From positions 1-32,000 of the forward strand of contig MWMI01000002.1 in assembly GCA_003568775.1 (NCBI GenBank): DNA of 32,000 nt. Reading direction: 5' to 3'. Below are positions 16,877 to 25,593 of the stretch, piece after piece. This stretch comes from Candidatus Nanoclepta minutus. Its GTDB lineage: Archaea; Nanobdellota; Nanobdellia; Nanobdellales; Nanobdellaceae. The notes below the pieces were generated by a model that worked only from the letters and a program-made list of their open reading frames with translations, was not told where the DNA came from and did no database searches. The translations under genes were made by a program, and so were the position numbers. The first letter of the stretch is position 1, and every line of letters begins with the position of its first letter.

Positions 16877-16924
16877 AAAAATTTAAAAATTTTTCTTATA
16901 CTGTTATTATCATAGGAGGAAAAA

Positions 16925-16932
16925 TTTATAAT
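16925..16932 (+). promoter_or_regulatory. TATA box of orphan gene 16956..17564
   Basis: tttataat lies 31 nt upstream of the ATG. AATTTATAATTTTTAAAGGATATATATCATAACATGGT aligns with CATTTATAAATTTTTAAGAAACATATATTACATGGT upstream of 15966. Confidence 0.45.
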
Positions 16933-16955
16933 TTTTAAAGGATATATATCATAAC

Positions 16956-17564
16956 ATGGTCGGAGAGTTCTCTCACCGTATAAAAGGATTCTTTGGGGGG
17001 CTAGGAGAGGCTATAGAATTTACGAAGAGATACTATAATATAGCAAAAGATATAGAAAAAAGATGTCTTGACCACAAACAACCACCAAGTATATGTAGAA
17101 ATAGGGTTTTTGAACTTGCTAAGAGGTATGATGATTCCCTTGATATAATATTAAATGGAAACGAGCTAGATTATTATCAGAAAGATATATTAAAAGAAAT
17201 GATTGCATATGATGGCCTAGAAATACCTAGAAGAGTTATAGATATATTAAGAATATTTTATATATTTGGAAAAGAAGATTACCAAGAAAAGATAGCATCA
17301 TCTATCTTCCAACCATTAAAAGATGTATACCTTTACTTAAAAACCAAAGATTACGATAATGCTAACGAAGCGCTAAATTATGCAAAAAGACAACTCTCTA
17401 CCTTCCATGATTATTTGTTTAGTTTGCCATATAATCTAAGAGAAAAGGCAATAAAAACAATCATACAAAAAATAGAAAGTTCTGATAGGCCATTCTACCC
17501 AGACGAGTTGATAGAAACAGCTGAACAGGCTATTAAGCATCCAAGATTTAGATGGTATAGATAA
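16956..17564 (+). CDS. Hypothetical helical protein (202 aa); possible paralog of 15966..16595
   Basis: Clean ORF. It shares the promoter architecture, the MV start and a short Cys/Pro motif with the upstream gene. Confidence 0.6.
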   Translation: MVGEFSHRIKGFFGGLGEAIEFTKRYYNIAKDIEKRCLDHKQPPSICRNRVFELAKRYDDSLDIILNGNELDYYQKDILKEMIAYDGLEIPRRVIDILRIFYIFGKEDYQEKIASSIFQPLKDVYLYLKTKDYDNANEALNYAKRQLSTFHDYLFSLPYNLREKAIKTIIQKIESSDRPFYPDELIETAEQAIKHPRFRWYR

Positions 17565-17587
17565 GGCCCTATATCCTTTTAAATTTA

Positions 17588-17593
17588 TTTTTT
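17588..17593 (+). terminator. Oligo-T tract (possible archaeal terminator) after 16956..17564
   Basis: A T6 run lies 24 nt past the stop codon. Archaeal termination commonly uses oligo-T. Confidence 0.3.
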
Positions 17594-17788
17594 ATGTTTG
17601 ATCTCGTTTATACTCTTCATCTATCTTAAGCTTCTAATAGACACTCGTCGAATCTTTTCCTAAATATAAAAGTATAATAAAAACAAACTAAAGAAGTTTC
17701 TGATTTTAACAGAATCGTATTTTTCATCCGTATAAATCAAGAACAACTCCTTTTATTCCTATCATCTATAATTTTAAAAAAATAAAAA

Positions 17789-18427
17789 TTAAATCATCCA
17801 CTTCTTTAAAAACTTCTTTGGATCTTCCTTAGAAACTATATATAAAATCATACCCTCTCTTACTACATCATCCTTAGAAGGCTCTTTCAACTCGTTATTA
17901 AATCTATAATACAAAACCTTTGTTTCTTCGTTTTCAATGTCCTCTATCTTCTTACCAATTATACCTAACCTATCGTCTACTTTAACTTCCAAAATATAGA
18001 AATCTGTATATTTGTAAATGTTTAGAACATTTGGGAAGATAACAGTATAGCTAAAGTAATCTATTATTTTATCATAGAATATGTACTCCATCCCTAAATT
18101 TTTTATTAATTTAATATACTTAGGTGTAGAAAGTCTAATAACTATCCTATTTACCTTCTTTTCTCTAGCTAAGAAAGAAGACAATATATTTTTTTCTTCA
18201 TTAGGTGTAGCTAAGATATAGATATCTGCCTCACTTATTTCTGCCTCATCTAGGACTTCAGGATCAGTACCATCACCATTTATTGCCCTAATTCCATACT
18301 TCTCAACTATTTCTTTACAGACCTCTGGATCCTCATCAAGGACAGTAACTCTCCAATCATTTTCTAAAAGTTTCTCTATAAACCTCCTACCAAACTCCCC
18401 ACCACCGAATATGACTGCGTATCCCAT
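17789..18427 (-). CDS. trkA: K+ uptake system regulatory subunit TrkA/KtrA (RCK_N + RCK_C)
   Basis: VIFGGGEFGRRF is a Rossmann GxGxxG followed by VLDED. 212 aa. Lies directly downstream of trkH, 4 nt apart. Confidence 0.8.
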   Translation of the reverse strand: MGYAVIFGGGEFGRRFIEKLLENDWRVTVLDEDPEVCKEIVEKYGIRAINGDGTDPEVLDEAEISEADIYILATPNEEKNILSSFLAREKKVNRIVIRLSTPKYIKLIKNLGMEYIFYDKIIDYFSYTVIFPNVLNIYKYTDFYILEVKVDDRLGIIGKKIEDIENEETKVLYYRFNNELKEPSKDDVVREGMILYIVSKEDPKKFLKKWMI

Positions 18428-18431
18428 TCAT

Positions 18432-19847
18432 TTATCTTTTAAACATACTATATAAAAATGCTATTACAACAAAGTATTCTATCCTACCTCCCCACATGAG
18501 GAAGATAAATAATAACTTATAGACTAATGGCATTTGATTTGAAATAAAACCGAGGGATAATCCTACATTTCCCATTGCAGATGCAACCTCAAATAGAGAA
18601 TGCAGAAAGTTTTTTGTATACAATGTAAATGCTATTGATGATATCATTAATATAAGGACGTATAAAAAGAAGTACATACCTGCATTCAATATATCTTCGT
18701 TATCTATTTCTTTATTTATATAGGTTTCTACAACTACTTCTTTTGCCGATCTAGAGATATTTCTGATGTATTTCTTAATCCCCTTAAAGAGTATTATTAT
18801 CCTATCGATCTTTACTGCACCTGAGGTAGATCCCACAGCACCGCCAAATATCATTAAAAGGATCAGGCCGAAGATATAACTTTCGTTCATGTTCAATAAA
18901 TTCAAATAAGAAAACCCAGTACAAGTCATAGCAGAGACTGTATGAAATATAGAATCTAATATATCTATTCCGCTCGAGAAGTACCCCAAAATGCTTACAA
19001 CTGTTATAAAGAGTATCATCCACCTGAGGGGTTCATAAACTCTTATAAACCTGCGATTACCTTGGAAAAACACCTTATAATGGAATAAAAAGCTAGTTGC
19101 TCCAAGGATCATCAGAACTATAATTATTATTTTCTGTGAAATAGTTAGGTTAAGAAAACTAAATGGTATCATTCCTCCAGTCGCTAAAGCTGTCATCGAT
19201 AGGTTAACTGATGTAAAAACATCCATTCCAGTAAAAGATAAAAAAGATGCCCCAAAAAATGTTAGAACTGCATATATCTTAAAGATTTCTTTTATAGAAT
19301 GCTCCATGGTTCCCTCAAACAGTTCTTCTCTTCCTTCAAACTTAACAATATGATATAATATCTTATTATCACTTAATAAATAAACTAAAAAGGCTACTAT
19401 ACCTATACCACCAATCCATTGCTCAAAACTCCTCCAGAACTTAACCGAATACGGTAAACTTTCTAAGTTACTATACATCGTAAAACCTGTAGTAGTCCAT
19501 GCGGACATGCTCTCGAAATAAGAGTCTATGAGGCTTAGACCAGTTAAAAAATAAATTATTCCACTTATGAAAGGCATGATCAACCATGCAAGAGCTATTG
19601 CAGAAATTACAATATGATGCTTTACCTTCAATTTTTCAAGAGGGATATTTATTTTATTTTCTAGTAAAAATCCACCAATATAGAGAATCGCTCCTGTGAT
19701 AAAAAATACTAGGGCATAAATAAATTCAAAGGTATTTAAGGTGAGTAATCCTATTAGGGTAGATACCAAGATAGCCAAAAAGTGAAATATAGAGAATATC
19801 CTAAATATTGCCCCAAAGACCTTCAAAAACAATAGGAAATCTTCCAT
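18432..19847 (-). CDS. trkH: K+ transporter membrane subunit TrkH/KtrB family
   Basis: 471 aa polytopic protein with four pore-loop-like motifs: SAWTTTGFT, ALATGGM, SAMTCTGFS and SAMGNVGLSLG. Confidence 0.8.
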   Translation of the reverse strand: MEDFLLFLKVFGAIFRIFSIFHFLAILVSTLIGLLTLNTFEFIYALVFFITGAILYIGGFLLENKINIPLEKLKVKHHIVISAIALAWLIMPFISGIIYFLTGLSLIDSYFESMSAWTTTGFTMYSNLESLPYSVKFWRSFEQWIGGIGIVAFLVYLLSDNKILYHIVKFEGREELFEGTMEHSIKEIFKIYAVLTFFGASFLSFTGMDVFTSVNLSMTALATGGMIPFSFLNLTISQKIIIIVLMILGATSFLFHYKVFFQGNRRFIRVYEPLRWMILFITVVSILGYFSSGIDILDSIFHTVSAMTCTGFSYLNLLNMNESYIFGLILLMIFGGAVGSTSGAVKIDRIIILFKGIKKYIRNISRSAKEVVVETYINKEIDNEDILNAGMYFFLYVLILMISSIAFTLYTKNFLHSLFEVASAMGNVGLSLGFISNQMPLVYKLLFIFLMWGGRIEYFVVIAFLYSMFKR

Positions 19848-19884
19848 TTTTATAGGATTATGGCAAAATCTTTATTAAACTTAA

Positions 19885-20361
19885 TTATACCACCTGTTCA
19901 AGTATTTGTTTTAGTATATCCCTCTTAGTTAGGAAGGCGTCTATTACGGAAGGCCCTAATAAATATCTTTCATTCATCCAGCTGAGGAAATCTTTATCTA
20001 TAAGATCAAACGGATAAACAACTATGCCCTCTATTTCTTCACCATTAATACTCAACTCTCCTCTTACAGTCCCAACGTAGCTCTTAACTAATAAATTTGT
20101 TCTCTTTTTTGGAGAATATACATACGTTTCTATACAGTCCTTACTTATTTTTTCTATTTCTAAATTTAGTTCCTCCCTCAATTCTCTTTTTAAAGCATCT
20201 ATTTCACCTTCTCCTTCTTCTAAAGTACCACCTGGAAAATAAACTGCCTTATAGTTTTTATTTATAACAAGAAATGTATAAGGATAAGTTATTATCCCTA
20301 CAGCTATCCTTTCATAATTCCTTTCCTTTAAAAAATCTCCAAATAGTCTAAAACTTTTCAT
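19885..20361 (-). CDS. NUDIX hydrolase
   Basis: GGTLEEGEGEIDALKRELREELNL fits the Nudix box Gx5Ex7REUxEExGU. Confidence 0.8.
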   Translation of the reverse strand: MKSFRLFGDFLKERNYERIAVGIITYPYTFLVINKNYKAVYFPGGTLEEGEGEIDALKRELREELNLEIEKISKDCIETYVYSPKKRTNLLVKSYVGTVRGELSINGEEIEGIVVYPFDLIDKDFLSWMNERYLLGPSVIDAFLTKRDILKQILEQVV

Positions 20362-20458
20362 ATAACTTTAGTTAAAAATACTTTTAAAAATAAAAATAAA
20401 TCTAAAATAGTATGGCATGTGGCTCAAAGAAATCAAAGAAAGAGAAAAAGGAACAAAA

Positions 20459-20869
20459 TTAAAATAGAAAAATAAGCAAAAATATAAAGGCTATTATAAA
20501 AATTGCTGCTTTTTTCCAACTAATTAAAAATTTAGGTATATTTATATTTGGTAAAGATAAATGAATAGGTTTAATTATTTCAAATGGAATATTATTTTTC
20601 CCAAAAATATGAATTAAAACTATATCGAAAGGTATAGAACTCTTGAATAAATGCTGTAGATATTTTCTAGATATTTCTAGCTCTGCATTCAATGTGTTAT
20701 CCTTATAACCTCTTACATGTATCTCCAGAAAATTATTTATTGGCTTTATTAATCCAAAAACCTGACCCTTCTTTCTAAACTGCCATCTAGTTTTTCTAAA
20801 ACCTTCTTTATTTATAAGAACTTCTTCCACAATCTTTATATCTGTAAGGACCCTTATTGAACCGATCAT
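20459..20869 (-). CDS. Hypothetical protein with a C-terminal membrane anchor (136 aa)
   Basis: Clean ORF. The last ~20 residues (AAIFIIAFIFLLIFLF) are hydrophobic. No recognisable motif. Confidence 0.45.
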   Translation of the reverse strand: MIGSIRVLTDIKIVEEVLINKEGFRKTRWQFRKKGQVFGLIKPINNFLEIHVRGYKDNTLNAELEISRKYLQHLFKSSIPFDIVLIHIFGKNNIPFEIIKPIHLSLPNINIPKFLISWKKAAIFIIAFIFLLIFLF

Positions 20870-20973
20870 TATTCTCTTTAAATCCGTAGTCTATTTTTAA
20901 TATATGCTTAACAAAGATGAAAACTATATAAGTTTATAAAAAACTTTTTAATTTTAAATATATATACTATCTT

Positions 20974-21591
20974 ATGGTAGTAAAAAATCCATTATCAAAG
21001 ATAAGGGAAAGCTTTGAGATACATCAACTAGAAAAGAAGATAGAAGACGTCTATAGAAAATATGGAGAAATAACATTAAAGTTTGTTAGAGGATATATAG
21101 AAGCACTTAAAAAAGGAAAAGAAATTAGCAATGATGGTTATAGGAGGGTTTTAGAAACTCTATTATGCGAAGATATTATAGAATTTATGAATTACACTTG
21201 GGAAAAATACTATAAGGAAGTAAATATGATTCCTACACAAATAATTTATGGAATTAGTAATTTTGCAAAATATGTTAGAGATACAGATATGCTTAAAGAT
21301 TTCATAAGGGTCCTAAAAATATATGGTGATGTAAGTCATCCCATATTTAAAATACCATCAAGTGAATTGATTTCGTCTCGTATGTTCTATCCTCCATATT
21401 ATGGTACCTTATTAAAAGAAGATGACCCTAGAATAACTTCAGCTGTTAAATGCACATTAGACGAGCTTCTTAAGGAAGAAACAAAACAAAGAGTAAGAGA
21501 AGACGAATATGTTATTGATAAAATTATAGTAAATTGTGCTGAAAAAGCAGGTTTTAGGCCAGATTATATTAAAATTAAAGCATTAGAATAA
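20974..21591 (+). CDS. Hypothetical helical protein (205 aa), possibly a third member of the 15966/16956 group
   Basis: Similar size, an MV start and a helical composition. The A/T promoter region has tttataaa at 20933-20940. Sequence similarity to the other two is weak. Confidence 0.55.
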   Translation: MVVKNPLSKIRESFEIHQLEKKIEDVYRKYGEITLKFVRGYIEALKKGKEISNDGYRRVLETLLCEDIIEFMNYTWEKYYKEVNMIPTQIIYGISNFAKYVRDTDMLKDFIRVLKIYGDVSHPIFKIPSSELISSRMFYPPYYGTLLKEDDPRITSAVKCTLDELLKEETKQRVREDEYVIDKIIVNCAEKAGFRPDYIKIKALE

Positions 21592-21691
21592 AATCATAAT
21601 AAATTTTTTAGAGCTAAATCTTTAGATTTTTATTTTTTATATAAACTTTTTATTTAAAGATTATATTTTTTCTCAACATTTTATAATCAGG

Positions 21692-22909
21692 ATGTCAAAC
21701 CTCTGCTTAATATGTAGGGGCACAAAACTCCTATGTGGAAAGGCTTATTGTCCAATCTTAGTTAAGAGCATCTTAAAATTTAAAATAAAAAATATAACAT
21801 TGAAAAGAGAAGTTTATGGATCTTCTCCCCCTTCAGTTTTTGTTGGAAGAATTGGATATCCTGAAGTTTATATTGGTCCTGCAGCTCCATCCTTTTTAGG
21901 AAATACAGAGATATACGATAAACCTGAAGGTTGGATAAACAAGCCATTAGAGGAAATACTAGATTATAGATTCTCTTTAATATTTGGAAGGACAAAGGTC
22001 AAAGTAAAGGATATCTCAAATAGAACTGTAGAAATAATCCAAGAGATTTCAATGGCAGAAAGACCTGTAGGTATAGAGATGGTGTTCAAGAAGAGTCCTA
22101 TACCAAGAATAAAGTTTGATGAACATACACCACCTCAAGGACCAACAGCTCCTTTATCTAAGATCAGCGTAACAGAAAATATAAGGGTTGATAAAAAAAT
22201 AGAAAAAGCGTATTATGATACTGATCTAAAAGCAAGAAACGCAATAATAGAACTATATAGAAATAAAGTCGATGTATCTAGAATACAAAAAATATTAAGT
22301 GTTGGAGGATTAGGACTAATAAAGAATAGAAGACTCGTACCTACAAGATGGGCTATTACTGCAGTTGATAGTACAATATCAGAAAACCTAATTAAAGAAA
22401 TAAAAGAATTTCCAACTATAGAAAAATACCAGGTATTTATTAGAGAATATATGAAGAACCTGTTTATAGTAATACTAATCCCTAGATCCTGGAGTTATGA
22501 ATGGATGGAGGGATGGTTCCCAAATACTACATGGAATAGGAGTAAAGAAATTGATATTGAAGGTGATTATGAAGATTTTAAGGGAAGGACTACCTATCCA
22601 AGTATTGGAGGTTGCTATTATGCTGCAAGGTTAGCCACTGCAGAATATCTATATAGAATAAAGAGACAGGCTACTGCAATATTAATTAGAGAGATCTATC
22701 CAGGATTTGACTTACCAATTGGTGTTTGGTTTGTAAGGGAAAACTTAAGAGAAACCTTTAAGCAAAAACCATTAGAGTTCGATAATATTAAAGAAGTAAT
22801 AGAATATGTTTCAAAGAAAACAAAGATTGATTTTAATGAATGGATTAAAAGATCTTATTTATTAAGAAAGGTTATTTCTGAAAGGAAAATAAAAGAATGG
22901 TTAAAGTAG
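21692..22909 (+). CDS. nreA: Archaeal DNA repair protein NreA family
   Basis: The N-terminus MSNLCLICRGTKLLCGKAYCPIL is the characteristic Nre Cys cluster. The 405-aa length is typical. The C-terminus ERKIKEWLK looks like a degenerate PIP box. Confidence 0.7.
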   Translation: MSNLCLICRGTKLLCGKAYCPILVKSILKFKIKNITLKREVYGSSPPSVFVGRIGYPEVYIGPAAPSFLGNTEIYDKPEGWINKPLEEILDYRFSLIFGRTKVKVKDISNRTVEIIQEISMAERPVGIEMVFKKSPIPRIKFDEHTPPQGPTAPLSKISVTENIRVDKKIEKAYYDTDLKARNAIIELYRNKVDVSRIQKILSVGGLGLIKNRRLVPTRWAITAVDSTISENLIKEIKEFPTIEKYQVFIREYMKNLFIVILIPRSWSYEWMEGWFPNTTWNRSKEIDIEGDYEDFKGRTTYPSIGGCYYAARLATAEYLYRIKRQATAILIREIYPGFDLPIGVWFVRENLRETFKQKPLEFDNIKEVIEYVSKKTKIDFNEWIKRSYLLRKVISERKIKEWLK

Positions 22910-23748
22910 AATTTATTGAAGTAAAAGAAGCTTTAAGCAAGAGCAATTTACCAGATTTATATTATGCATTAAATCCCTATTTTGGTTGTGAGCATTCATG
23001 CATTTATTGTTATGCAAGAGAGTATACACCTGATAAGGAAGTTTCAGAAAACTGGGGTAAAATTATAAAGGTTAAGAAGAACCTGATAGATCTCTTAAAG
23101 ATAGAAGTGAAGAAAAAGAAAAGGGGAGTTGTAGGATTATCTACTATAACAGATCCCTATCAACCTATAGAAAAGGAACTTGAATTAAGTAGAAAAGGCT
23201 TAGAAATACTTTTAAAAAATGGATTTAAGGTTAGCATTCAAACTAAGTCCGATTTAGTTTTAAGAGACTTAGATTTTTTAACACAGTTTAAGGATCTTGT
23301 AGATGTTGGACTAACAATAACCTTTTTAGATAAGGATATTGCAAAAAAATTTGAAATAAATGCTCCAGAACCTGAAAGAAGGATAAATGCCTTATATAAA
23401 CTATCCGAAAATGGAATAAAAACATGGGTTTTTTATGGACCAATTATACCTAAAGTAAACGATAATTTGGAAATAATAAAGGAGTTGGTTAAGATTGCAA
23501 AGGAAACTAATAGTATTTTTTATTATGATAAATTGAGGATAAAGAAATTTATGTTAAAATCTAATGATCTTTTAATAAAAGAGATAGTTAATTCTTCTAA
23601 AAGTTATGATTGGAAAAATCTGTATAAAAAAATAGAAGAAATATGCAAAGAAAACAATGTAAAATGCTTACAAGCTTTTGAAAATAAAAGAAATAATATA
23701 TTAAGTTTTTTACCCAAAGGTTATAGTATACTACCTATTCTGCTGTAA
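22897..23748 (+). CDS. Radical SAM protein, SplB/DNA-photolyase-like (COG1533-type)
   Basis: FGCEHSCIYCYA is a CxxxCxxC cluster near the N-terminus. The TIM-like length (283 aa) fits. Its start overlaps the nreA end by 13 nt. Confidence 0.7.
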   Translation: MVKVEFIEVKEALSKSNLPDLYYALNPYFGCEHSCIYCYAREYTPDKEVSENWGKIIKVKKNLIDLLKIEVKKKKRGVVGLSTITDPYQPIEKELELSRKGLEILLKNGFKVSIQTKSDLVLRDLDFLTQFKDLVDVGLTITFLDKDIAKKFEINAPEPERRINALYKLSENGIKTWVFYGPIIPKVNDNLEIIKELVKIAKETNSIFYYDKLRIKKFMLKSNDLLIKEIVNSSKSYDWKNLYKKIEEICKENNVKCLQAFENKRNNILSFLPKGYSILPILL

Positions 23749-24505
23749 GAGTTTTCTCAATAACTATTGTTCCTAAGACCATTGAAACTGCTGTAAAGGT
23801 TAATACTGCTATAAGATGACTTAAAGAAGGTATAGTACCGTAAACTAAAGCACTTCTTCCAATTTCTGTAAGATAGGTAAGGGGATTGGCTTCACTTATT
23901 ATCTGTAACCAAGATGGGAAAAACTGCTTTGGAAATAGGGCAGTAGATGTAAACATTAGAGGCATAGTTATTAAATTCATAACAGCCCCCGGAGCCTGAA
24001 CATCTGCTGTATTTGCAGTTAGAGCCATAAAGATCAAAGAAAATCCTATACCAACAGCAACAAGTGATACAAACCATTCTAACAAAGCAATCAAGTTTAC
24101 TGTAAACTGAACCCCCAATACTATACCTAAAAAGAGCAGTATGGACATAGTTAATATACCCCTCGTAACGGCTCCAAGTGCTTTTGCTAAACCAATAGCC
24201 GATTTTGGAGTAGGGGTAGTAAGTATCCTCTTTAAGTAACCTACACGCTTATCAAATACAAGGCTCATTGAAGCAAAAACACCCATGGTCATCATGAGAA
24301 TTGATATCATACCTGGTAGCATATAAGTTAAATAATTGCTTACACCAAAGTATTGATTTAGAAAACTACTAGGCATACCAGCTAAGCTATTACCAAAGAA
24401 GAGAATCCACATTAAAGGTTGTGCTATCATCATAAACCACATATACTTACTCCTAATAAGTTTTAGAAATTCCCTTTTATAGAGAACGTATATCTCTCTT
24501 ATCAT
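23735..24505 (-). CDS. ABC-2 type exporter permease
   Basis: 256 aa with six predicted TM segments, and a 4-nt overlap with the upstream ATPase gene. This is the typical ABC-2 layout. Confidence 0.8.
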   Translation of the reverse strand: MIREIYVLYKREFLKLIRSKYMWFMMIAQPLMWILFFGNSLAGMPSSFLNQYFGVSNYLTYMLPGMISILMMTMGVFASMSLVFDKRVGYLKRILTTPTPKSAIGLAKALGAVTRGILTMSILLFLGIVLGVQFTVNLIALLEWFVSLVAVGIGFSLIFMALTANTADVQAPGAVMNLITMPLMFTSTALFPKQFFPSWLQIISEANPLTYLTEIGRSALVYGTIPSLSHLIAVLTFTAVSMVLGTIVIEKTLTAE

Positions 24506-25458
24506 CTTCTAGCCAACCTTATCCTTCTATATAGCCTTTGAATATTCACTTGTTCTCCCTCAATAGAAGCTCCGGTAAGGTTCATAAATACTGTATCCAA
24601 GCTAGTTTTCTTTAATTTAACACTTTTAACACTACCTATAGCTTTAACAACTTCTGGAATTATCTCTTCGGCATTCTTTGTTTTTATAATAACTTTCCCG
24701 TCTTCTAAAATTACTTCGCCAAATTTAGACAAAACAGATGTATCTACTTTATCTTTTACTTCTAGCTCGATTATATCTGTACCATACTTCGTCTTTAACT
24801 CGTCTGGAGTACCAATCGCTATAATCCTCCCCTTATTTATTATGGCTATCCTATGACAGAGTCTCTCGGCCTCTTCCATATAATGAGTTGTTAGAAGAAC
24901 TGTAACTCCGAAGTCTTTATTTATTCTTTCCACAACTTCCCAAAGTCCTACCCTGGCTCCCACATCCAAACCTATTGTAGGTTCATCCATAAAAAGTACT
25001 TCTGGACTATGGAGAAGGGCCATAGCTACCTCTAATCGCTTTCTCATCCCAGTAGAATACTTTCCTACAGGTCTATTTGCTGCTTCCCATAAATTAAAAT
25101 ATTTCAATAGATCTTGAGCCCTCTCCTTCCAATTTTTCACTCCAGTAAGCTTCGCCTGTATCTCTAAGTTTTCCCATCCAGTAAGTTCGTCATCTACTAT
25201 AACCTCCGAAGCTATCCATCCAACCCTCTTCTTAACTTCCCTTGCATTTTTTACTACATCAAAACCAGCCACAATCGCTTGTCCAGAAGTTGGTTTGGTA
25301 AGACCTGTAAAGATCTTAATAGTAGTAGTTTTTCCGGCACCATTGGGGCCTAGAAGACCAAAGATTTCTCCTTTCTTTATATGAAAGGTTACCCTATCTA
25401 AAGCTATTACATCTCCGTATAGTTTCCTTAGTTCAATTGCTTCAATTGCATATTCCAT
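24502..25458 (-). CDS. ABC transporter ATP-binding protein (DrrA/CcmA-like)
   Basis: Walker A GPNGAGKTT, signature YSTGMRKRL, Walker B LFMDEPTIGLD and H-loop TTHYMEE. Confidence 0.92.
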   Translation of the reverse strand: MEYAIEAIELRKLYGDVIALDRVTFHIKKGEIFGLLGPNGAGKTTTIKIFTGLTKPTSGQAIVAGFDVVKNAREVKKRVGWIASEVIVDDELTGWENLEIQAKLTGVKNWKERAQDLLKYFNLWEAANRPVGKYSTGMRKRLEVAMALLHSPEVLFMDEPTIGLDVGARVGLWEVVERINKDFGVTVLLTTHYMEEAERLCHRIAIINKGRIIAIGTPDELKTKYGTDIIELEVKDKVDTSVLSKFGEVILEDGKVIIKTKNAEEIIPEVVKAIGSVKSVKLKKTSLDTVFMNLTGASIEGEQVNIQRLYRRIRLARR

Positions 25459-25593
25459 GGTTATATAAGAATCTCAATTTGAGCCAATATTTAACCTCTT
25501 TTCTAAGATGTATAAATATGTAGGTTTTATCTAAACACATAACCAATATCTTTTTATAAAAAACTTTAAAAAGAATTATAGGAGAACGACTTT

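Noticed and set aside
17565-17788. A 224-nt convergent spacer with a 33-codon reverse-strand ORF (MKNTILLKSETSLVCFYYTFIFRKRFDECLLEA) and a GATTTTAACAG sequence faintly like the repeat-unit box.
   Set aside because: The ORF has no properly spaced TATA box and no distinctive features. The similarity to the repeat units needs large gaps and is within chance for A/T-rich DNA.
20412-20462. A 16-codon ORF (MACGSKKSKKEKKEQN) between the NUDIX gene and the 136-aa gene.
   Set aside because: It is too short and of too low complexity to support. It probably arises by chance in an A-rich spacer.
23735-25458. An apparent GC enrichment of the ABC transporter genes, as a sign of horizontal transfer.
   Set aside because: Hand counts of sample lines gave about 37-38% GC here and 32-37% in other coding lines such as the RecJ-like gene. 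The difference is small and is explained by the conserved, Gly/Ala-rich protein sequence.
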